From IMG/VR virus record IMGVR_UViG_3300025018_000275, positions 1 to 39,569 of that record: 39,569 nucleotides of DNA, one strand, 5' to 3'. This DNA comes from a virus. Its lineage: Duplodnaviria; Caudoviricetes. Under the pieces are notes generated by a model. It saw only the letters and a program-made list of their open reading frames with translations. It made no database searches and had not been told where the DNA came from. Shown one piece after another: positions 33,611 through 39,569 of the stretch. Numbering within the stretch: position 1 is the first letter of the stretch; each line of letters starts with the position of its first letter. The translations under genes and the position numbers were made by a program.

Positions 33611-34561
33611 ATGGAACTACTGAACAACAAGATCCTTGGCGGGCAGCTGACGCATACCGAGTGGAACCAGGTGCCGAGCGAGCTGCAGAACATCATCACC
33701 TCTGCAGGCATTTCGCTGTTAGCAGGCGACGTAAACCAGCTGGGCAAGGCGATCACGATGATGATCTCCTCGGGCCAGTATTACACCGAGGGCGGCACGG
33801 CCAATTCCAGAATTCTGACGCACGCAGGGCCAGGCCCTGGTCCGTATCAGTATCGCGACAACATGATCGTGATGTTCGTTTCGTCGCTCAACAACACCAA
33901 CACCTGGCAGGTGAACGTCAATACTCTCGGTGCCAAGGACGTCGTTGTCGGCGCCTACGATTCCAACTCTGCCGATGTCCTGGCTGGCGACCTCGTGATG
34001 CTTCGATACGATGCGGGCGCCGGTAATTTTGTGCTCGTGAACCAGAGCAATCCGGTGGCATCGCCGTTTTTCCGCCAGCGTGTTCGCGGTGCGTCGACCG
34101 GGCCTGCATGGACGATGATCCAGGCGGTAATCGATTCTGGCACCAAGCTGTTCACGACAGTCGGTGATGCCAACGGCATCCTGCGACTGGAATCCGGCGC
34201 CGGTGAAGGTATCCAGATAAAACATCTCGGCGGCATTGCCGCCTACCGGAACATTTTTTCAGTGTTGCCGCACGCCATGGCCATTATTAACGGCACGACT
34301 GCCGCAATCATTGGCGGCGGCCTGAACGTCGGCACGGTCGTTCGCGCGTCTGCCGGAGTTTACGACGTGCCTTTACCGACAGCCGTTTCATCGATTGCGG
34401 CATCGTCAGTGCATGTGACGCCGCGGGACAACACCACGACCGGATTCATGGCAGTCGCATTGCCGACGACAATATCAAACGTGCGGGTGCGCACCTTCAA
34501 CGCCGCCGGAACACCGGCAGATGTAGACTTTTCAATCGACGTTTTCGACAGGGGCATATGA
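33611..34561 (+). CDS. Tail fibre protein
   Basis: N-terminal W...ELQNII..AGI.L...D..QL.KAI anchor. Position after the baseplate genes. C-terminal V.R.SAGVYDV domain. Confidence 0.75.
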   Translation: MELLNNKILGGQLTHTEWNQVPSELQNIITSAGISLLAGDVNQLGKAITMMISSGQYYTEGGTANSRILTHAGPGPGPYQYRDNMIVMFVSSLNNTNTWQVNVNTLGAKDVVVGAYDSNSADVLAGDLVMLRYDAGAGNFVLVNQSNPVASPFFRQRVRGASTGPAWTMIQAVIDSGTKLFTTVGDANGILRLESGAGEGIQIKHLGGIAAYRNIFSVLPHAMAIINGTTAAIIGGGLNVGTVVRASAGVYDVPLPTAVSSIAASSVHVTPRDNTTTGFMAVALPTTISNVRVRTFNAAGTPADVDFSIDVFDRGI

Positions 34562-34866
34562 TGGCAAGCACCAAACTACTCGATGCGGCGAGCGCCAACG
34601 GTTTCGGCCCGGCTGTCGCATGGAACCCGAAAGGCAATAATGCGACCGAGCTGCGCGTCTGGCCAGATCGCAACCTGGCATTCGGTGCGACGAGCGTGAA
34701 GATTTACATCCGCGACAAGGACGACACCGACGCGCAGGCTGCGTATACCGGCGTTGAATTCACGGCCGCGACCGATGAAGGGAAAATGATCTCGGTGCGC
34801 CCAGACGACGTGGTTATCGCCCTGGTTGCCGGCATTTCGTCGACCGTCACGGTTCTAATCCAGTAG
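34558..34866 (+). CDS. Hypothetical beta-rich protein (probably virion-associated)
   Basis: ATGA overlap in the late operon. Confidence 0.6.
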   Translation: MMASTKLLDAASANGFGPAVAWNPKGNNATELRVWPDRNLAFGATSVKIYIRDKDDTDAQAAYTGVEFTAATDEGKMISVRPDDVVIALVAGISSTVTVLIQ

Positions 34867-34875
34867 CGGGTCGCC

Positions 34876-36510
34876 ATGAAGACGACGATAAATATCGAGC
34901 GGTCTATCGGACGAGCCGCGTTGGTATCGAAGCCGGTATTGCCGATCGAGGCGCTTCCATCCAGATTTATATCGTCAGTTGAAATCTCGGCTTTGGATTA
35001 CGTCGGCGCTTTCTGGCTTGCAGAGTCGCAAAATCGATTCGGCCTGCCTAGCGATCCCATTTTTGCTGTCGGGCAGAATTTCGATGTTTTTGCCACGATA
35101 TTCGGCAGTCAAACTGACTGCATCGGCTGCCTGAGTTTTGCGCCGGATATTCCCGCCGATGCGTTTATTTACAAGGCCACTATCAGTGTCGCGGTGCGTA
35201 CTCGAGGTAGCAGCGGCGTGCAGACGTTCGACGTTTTTGCAGAGCAGGCATATCCGGCAGCCGACCCGCCTGCACTATCGGACAAGCCCGAAACTGACTG
35301 GACGCAGACCACGAGAACGAACCATGCGGGGCCGACGGCCACTGGAAATTTCGAGATAGACGTTACTCAGCAGGTCCGGGATGTGCTGGACAACACTGCG
35401 TGGATCCCAGGTGCACGCATGAACTTTGCGCTGTCTCCTGATTCGACGGGAGCGAATATTGGTTGGGACATCGAGGATCACGCTTTTAATGTTCCAGCTG
35501 GTGCAAACTCGCCAACATTAACCGTTGACTATATTTCCGCCGGAAACGAAGAGAAATTCAGGATCGCCGACGGTTTTCGAGCGACGCATCTCGTCCTTGC
35601 GGACGCAGATCTGGCATACAGTGATCGCCTGCTTTTTCTGAAAGGCGACTCAGGAGAGCGGGGAGTTTACAGGGCGCAGTCCTGGTCTGGGAATCCATCG
35701 GTCGACGCTGCGTATTCAGATCATGCCGGAACGCTAACGCCGTCGCTGTCAAATCACACGATGGCGCTTTCCGCATCTCTCAAGGAACTGCCGCAGGTCA
35801 AGTGGGAAAACGAAGCCGGGGATCAGTCACATTACGTGCCCTCAAGCGGTGCGGGGAATGACCCAGTGGGCCTGATCTACGACGCAGATGATCTGTATGC
35901 TTTCGACGCATTTATGGCATCACACTATGGTCCCGGCCTCAAATGCGATCTATATGATAAATATTTATTAATGTTCTACGGGCTGCGCACCGGCGTGAGC
36001 GCGCCCGCCAGCGCGCCAATTGCAATCGACGTCAATAACCTGACGTGGAACTGGCCATGGATCGACAGCGTCGCGACAAACAAAATCCAGTACAAATGGG
36101 GGATTGGCTTTGGAGGCACACCGATTGAAGTGACGATCGATCACGGTGCGCATGCATCCGGTCGCGATCTATTTGGTGCAATGATCTGTCATTCCGGCAC
36201 ATGGAAGATGTGGGATTGGTACAACGGAACCGAAAAATCCTATGGCCTCGGCCTCACGGATGAGACACCAACCGGGTCAGTGCCGGTCAGCGTCGCGCCG
36301 TCGAGCAGAAATATTGCTGAGTCTCGACAGTGGAACGTCGGATTCTCAGGATTTGTTTTCGGTGCTCACGAGTATTACGGGGTAGCTGCTGTTGTGTTTG
36401 ATGCGATTCCAAGTGACGCCGATCTGGTCGACGGATTTCGATGGATGAAAGACAACTGGCCGGCAGGAAACAAGGTAATCGCACCTGGGTGGGGTCAGGT
36501 TTCGACGTGA
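34876..36510 (+). CDS. Putative virion adhesion/decoration protein with a DNRLRE-like N-terminal domain
   Basis: L.F...IPA.A.I..ATI...AE...IDVT..V..V.....W...M.F...P.LTV.Y domain, followed by an unrelated Trp/Gly-rich domain. Confidence 0.55.
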   Translation: MKTTINIERSIGRAALVSKPVLPIEALPSRFISSVEISALDYVGAFWLAESQNRFGLPSDPIFAVGQNFDVFATIFGSQTDCIGCLSFAPDIPADAFIYKATISVAVRTRGSSGVQTFDVFAEQAYPAADPPALSDKPETDWTQTTRTNHAGPTATGNFEIDVTQQVRDVLDNTAWIPGARMNFALSPDSTGANIGWDIEDHAFNVPAGANSPTLTVDYISAGNEEKFRIADGFRATHLVLADADLAYSDRLLFLKGDSGERGVYRAQSWSGNPSVDAAYSDHAGTLTPSLSNHTMALSASLKELPQVKWENEAGDQSHYVPSSGAGNDPVGLIYDADDLYAFDAFMASHYGPGLKCDLYDKYLLMFYGLRTGVSAPASAPIAIDVNNLTWNWPWIDSVATNKIQYKWGIGFGGTPIEVTIDHGAHASGRDLFGAMICHSGTWKMWDWYNGTEKSYGLGLTDETPTGSVPVSVAPSSRNIAESRQWNVGFSGFVFGAHEYYGVAAVVFDAIPSDADLVDGFRWMKDNWPAGNKVIAPGWGQVST

Positions 36511-37118
36511 GCATTGTGCGGCCAATATCCCGACCAATCGCCAGGTCAATTTCCCGGCAGATAGTAAAATCTGGCGGCGCTGCAGGGCCGACGGTTTCCG
36601 TCGTCAGCGTGCCGAGCACCATGTACGACGGTGTCTACTATACCGGACTGACCACGTGGGCGGCCGGTGTTGGATGTGGCTGGGGTCGACAGGCAAGCAC
36701 TGCGCCAGTTCTCGATTGGGGTGGACTCGGGTTCGATAATATTCCGTGCTCAAACGCTGCGAATATTATCTCCGCAACAATCACAGGAACGATCGCCGTT
36801 ACCGATCCAACCGCAGGAACCGCGGTGATTCGTGCCGAAGACGTAGACGACATTCCCGGTTCGCTGAGCGGAAGAACGGCGCCGTCGACGTGGACGCTGA
36901 CCACGGCCCAGGTGACCGGCGTGCAATACACCGCGACCGGACCTTTCTCCGAGGACGTGACAGCGATCGTTCAGGAGATCGTCGATCGAGCCGGATGGGC
37001 AGCCAACAATGGCATGACATTCGTTTTCGATCCGACAGGCGGAGGATGGCCGGCGACGTTTGTGTCGACCGCGTTCGCGAACCTGAACCCGGTCCTGACG
37101 GTCACTTGGGAGCCCTGA
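36507..37118 (+). CDS. Putative virion adhesion/decoration protein, paralogous to the N-terminal domain of 34876-36510
   Basis: GTG start (GTGA overlap). L.F..IP...A.I.SATI...AED...DVT.IVQEIVDR.GW...M.F...P.LTV.W. Confidence 0.6.
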   Translation: MSIVRPISRPIARSISRQIVKSGGAAGPTVSVVSVPSTMYDGVYYTGLTTWAAGVGCGWGRQASTAPVLDWGGLGFDNIPCSNAANIISATITGTIAVTDPTAGTAVIRAEDVDDIPGSLSGRTAPSTWTLTTAQVTGVQYTATGPFSEDVTAIVQEIVDRAGWAANNGMTFVFDPTGGGWPATFVSTAFANLNPVLTVTWEP

Positions 37119-37150
37119 TGGTGAGTATTTGTTGTTCAGGAATCGTATGA

Positions 37151-37468
37151 ATGCCAGAGGCCTCGTTGTTCGACAAAATAAACGGTTGGCTGGTCGCCGC
37201 CGCCATGGGTGCAGTCAACTTGCTGTTTGCTAACTGGCGATCGCAGGAAAAAAAGCAGCGCGCGGCCTTGTCCGATCGTGTAGATGCCATCGAGGCGCGC
37301 AAAGCTGAGGCGGCCGACTGTGACAAGCTGAATGCGACGGTCTGCAAAAAGGTCGATGAAATCCACCGCAGGATCGACAATGTGTTCGAGAAAATCGACG
37401 ATTCGAGAAAAGAGTCCAACACCCGCATGGATACCATTGCCGGGTTGATTCGAACGGAAAAGCAATGA
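37151..37468 (+). CDS. Single-TM coiled-coil protein of the lysis region (holin/antiholin-like)
   Basis: N-terminal TM followed by a coiled coil. Confidence 0.55.
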   Translation: MPEASLFDKINGWLVAAAMGAVNLLFANWRSQEKKQRAALSDRVDAIEARKAEAADCDKLNATVCKKVDEIHRRIDNVFEKIDDSRKESNTRMDTIAGLIRTEKQ

Positions 37469-37722
37469 AGGTCTCCATCGTGACAGCAATCGCGATGATC
37501 GGGCTGCTTGGCGGCTCGATGGGATTTGTCGATGCGACGTATGTGCGCAACTCCACGTTCGGCGATTTTCAGGACGATTACCGATACGGGCTGGCGCTCG
37601 ACATCAAGCGGGAAATCCGCCGCCTGCGCCGCGAACCGCAGGACCAGCGGACGCGCGAGGACATTGCCGAGCTTGTTGATAAACTCTGCCTGTTGCTGCC
37701 GGAGGACCGGGAATGCCACTGA
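37465..37722 (+). CDS. Small membrane-anchored protein
   Basis: Hydrophobic N-terminus. ATGA overlap. Confidence 0.55.
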   Translation: MKVSIVTAIAMIGLLGGSMGFVDATYVRNSTFGDFQDDYRYGLALDIKREIRRLRREPQDQRTREDIAELVDKLCLLLPEDRECH

Positions 37723-37907
37723 ACGAACGATTGACCTCGAGAAAATTCATCCTGGCGATGATATTCACCGCGGTCGGCTGCACCGGGTTGCTGGCCGGCG
37801 CGATGTCCGGATCCGAGTTCATCGCATTGGCCGGCGTCATCCTGGGCCTGTACGGTGGCGCGAACGTCGGCGCCGAGGCGGTCAAGGCGCGGCAGATTGG
37901 CGGCTAA
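37713..37907 (+). CDS. Holin (2 TM)
   Basis: LTSRKF motif followed by two TM segments, 64 aa, in the lysis cassette. Confidence 0.65.
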   Translation: MPLNERLTSRKFILAMIFTAVGCTGLLAGAMSGSEFIALAGVILGLYGGANVGAEAVKARQIGG

Positions 37908-38265
37908 CCTGTACTGGAAACTGGCCGTGCTGGCGGCGGTCGCCGTGCTGGCCGGGTTTTCCGGGTTCAAGGTCGGCAATTGGCGCTGTGCGGCACAGCA
38001 GGCCGCGGCGATCGACCAGATCAGGGCCGAATTGGGGCGCCAGGCGGCCGCTCATGCCCTACAGCAAGAGATCGACGCCAAGGCGGCCCGCAGGCTATCG
38101 GACGACTTGGCCGCGTCACGGCGCTTTACGGCGGCCCTGCGGAGGGAACTGGAACATGCGAACCTGGCGACCGGCGATTGTGATCGCCCTTTCGGTGCTG
38201 ATTTTGCCCGGCTGTTCAACGACGCTGTTCACGCCGCCGGAGCTTCCCCGCCCGCTGCCGACTGA
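37897..38265 (+). CDS. i-spanin (Rz-like)
   Basis: N-terminal TM, Ala/Gln coiled coil, C-terminal C...F.RLFN. The TTG start is uncertain. Confidence 0.7.
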   Translation: MAANLYWKLAVLAAVAVLAGFSGFKVGNWRCAAQQAAAIDQIRAELGRQAAAHALQQEIDAKAARRLSDDLAASRRFTAALRRELEHANLATGDCDRPFGADFARLFNDAVHAAGASPPAAD

Positions 38266-38437
38266 GGCGCTGGTCGTCACCTGGCGCCTGCAGGAGCTCC
38301 CTGCGGGCTTTTCCGATCTGCCGGCCGAGCAGGCCATGCGCACCCTGCTGGACGTCCACATCGCCAATATGGAGGCCCTGGCCGAGCTCGCGCGCAAGCA
38401 CGCGGCGCTGGCCGAATGGATCGAGGGAGAACGCTAA
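38156..38437 (+). CDS. o-spanin lipoprotein (Rz1-like)
   Basis: MRTWRPAIVIALSVLILPG-C lipobox. Pro-rich. Starts in the +1 frame inside the i-spanin gene. Confidence 0.75.
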   Translation: MRTWRPAIVIALSVLILPGCSTTLFTPPELPRPLPTEALVVTWRLQELPAGFSDLPAEQAMRTLLDVHIANMEALAELARKHAALAEWIEGER

Positions 38438-39003
38438 TGGCCCGGTTTCGCGTCGCCTACGACCTGACGATGAGTTACGAAGGCGTTTATTCGCTGGATC
38501 CTGCCGATCCAGGCGGCGAGACCTTCTGCGGCATCTCCCGCGTGCACTGGCCGGACTGGGACGGCTGGCCGATCGTCGACCAGGTCAAGGCCGCCGGGCA
38601 GCTGGCCTCGATCGGGTCGAACCAGGTGCTGCGCACGCTGGCGCGCGGGTTCTACAAGGCCAATTTCTGGGACGCCTGGCGCGGCGACGATATCCACAGC
38701 CAGCCGATCGCCAACAAGCTGTTTGACCTGCGCGTGAACCTGCCGCCGCGGCGCTCGCCGGAGTTCCTGCAGGAGGCGCTGAACCTGGCCAACCGCGACC
38801 AGGCGAAATGGCCGGACATCAAGGTCGACGGGATCATCGGTCCGGCAACGATCGCCACGCTCAACCGGGCGGTTGACGGCGGCGATGAAACGCTGGTGCT
38901 GAACCTGATCCGGCTACTGCACGGCGAGTATTACCTGGGCCGGTTTCGCGCCAGCCCGAAGATGGAAAAATACGTGGGATGGATCGCCCGGGCCCTGGCC
39001 TAA
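38437..39003 (+). CDS. Endolysin, glycoside hydrolase family 108
   Basis: EG.Y..DP.DPGGET..GIS, FY...FWD, LQ.ALN, VDG.IGP.T, C-terminal GWI.R peptidoglycan-binding segment. Confidence 0.92.
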   Translation: MARFRVAYDLTMSYEGVYSLDPADPGGETFCGISRVHWPDWDGWPIVDQVKAAGQLASIGSNQVLRTLARGFYKANFWDAWRGDDIHSQPIANKLFDLRVNLPPRRSPEFLQEALNLANRDQAKWPDIKVDGIIGPATIATLNRAVDGGDETLVLNLIRLLHGEYYLGRFRASPKMEKYVGWIARALA

Positions 39004-39455
39004 ATCACCACCGACAACAGCCGAAAAATTAACATCGGCACCGACCAGTCGAAATCCAGCCGGATCAGCGACGAGAGCGTCGACCAGGTCACCAGCAGCC
39101 CGAACACGATGGCCACGCCCTGCAGCGGGTTGGGCAGCGTCCGGTCATGGCTCGATCCTTCACCGTGGTGCGGCCAGTCCTTGTCGCCGGGCCCGTCGCG
39201 GTGAAACACCACGCTGAGCAGCCAGTTGAAGGCCCGCAGCAGGACGTTGTGGCGCCGGTCGCGCCAAACACGGCCGGAGATCGTCATGTACGGATCGCCG
39301 CCGTACAGCGTGTTGAGTCCGCGATCGAGCAGCTGCTGCCAGAACCAGCGCCACCAGAAAGCGCGCGCGGTCGGGAAAATATCTCGCCAGGTCTCGGCAA
39401 ACCCGCCGGTCGTCTCCCGCCACCAGTGATACCAGTTCGACAGGTACAGGCGCAT
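39000..39455 (-). CDS. Trp-rich membrane protein (D..LN.L.GG.P..TIS.R family)
   Basis: LDRGLNTLYGGDPYMTISGR motif plus C-terminal TM segments. Coupled to 54-596 across the junction. Convergent 4-bp overlap with the endolysin. Confidence 0.65.
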   Translation of the reverse strand: MRLYLSNWYHWWRETTGGFAETWRDIFPTARAFWWRWFWQQLLDRGLNTLYGGDPYMTISGRVWRDRRHNVLLRAFNWLLSVVFHRDGPGDKDWPHHGEGSSHDRTLPNPLQGVAIVFGLLVTWSTLSSLIRLDFDWSVPMLIFRLLSVVI

Positions 39456-39569
39456 CAGTTGCTAACCCGAACCTGCCGACTTCGCGGGCCGATATTCGGT
39501 GGTTCGGCGTTATCGTAGGCGGCAACATCGCAAGTCACCGGAAGTTCGGGACGTTCATCGAACAGCAGC
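39402..39569. repeat. Terminal direct repeat, right copy
   Basis: Matches 1-168 with one mismatch. Confidence 0.97.

Noticed and set aside
33611-37118. Diversity-generating retroelement or invertible tail-fibre cassette
   Set aside because: No reverse transcriptase, invertase, TR/VR pair or flanking inverted repeats were seen.
1-39569. tRNA, rRNA or integrase/attP
   Set aside because: No cloverleaf or rRNA-like sequence in the few intergenic gaps and no recombinase motifs were recognised by eye. A tRNAscan/HMM run would be needed to exclude them formally.

Overview
This window looks like a complete, circular genome of about 39.4 kb from a GC-rich tailed phage of a Gram-negative host. Positions 1-168 recur at 39402-39569 with one mismatch, giving a 39,401-bp unit. 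Nearly all genes are on the + strand: (i) an early module with an SSAP-like recombinase, PD-(D/E)XK exonuclease, DnaQ-like exonuclease, ParB-like, ASCH-like, AP2-like and zinc-finger proteins; (ii) a ParB-methyltransferase, TerS and a TerL interrupted by an Ala-initiated class 3 intein; (iii) an HK97-type head; (iv) a Mu-like contractile tail with a predicted -1 frameshift chaperone; (v) a variable fibre/decoration module; (vi) a holin-spanin-GH108 lysis cassette. I recognised no integrase, replication initiator, helicase, primase, polymerase or ParA. The largest non-coding gap (about 600-900) is built like a bacterial chromosomal origin. It has three tandem AT-rich 11-mers, then a perfect DnaA box, a perfect IHF site, three DnaA boxes at 11-bp spacing and a further perfect box. 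A chromosomal-type parS core lies at 10144-10157. The leading hypothesis is a phage that mimics the host chromosome (oriC plus parS) and so needs no initiator of its own. All protein assignments come from motif recognition by eye, not database searches.
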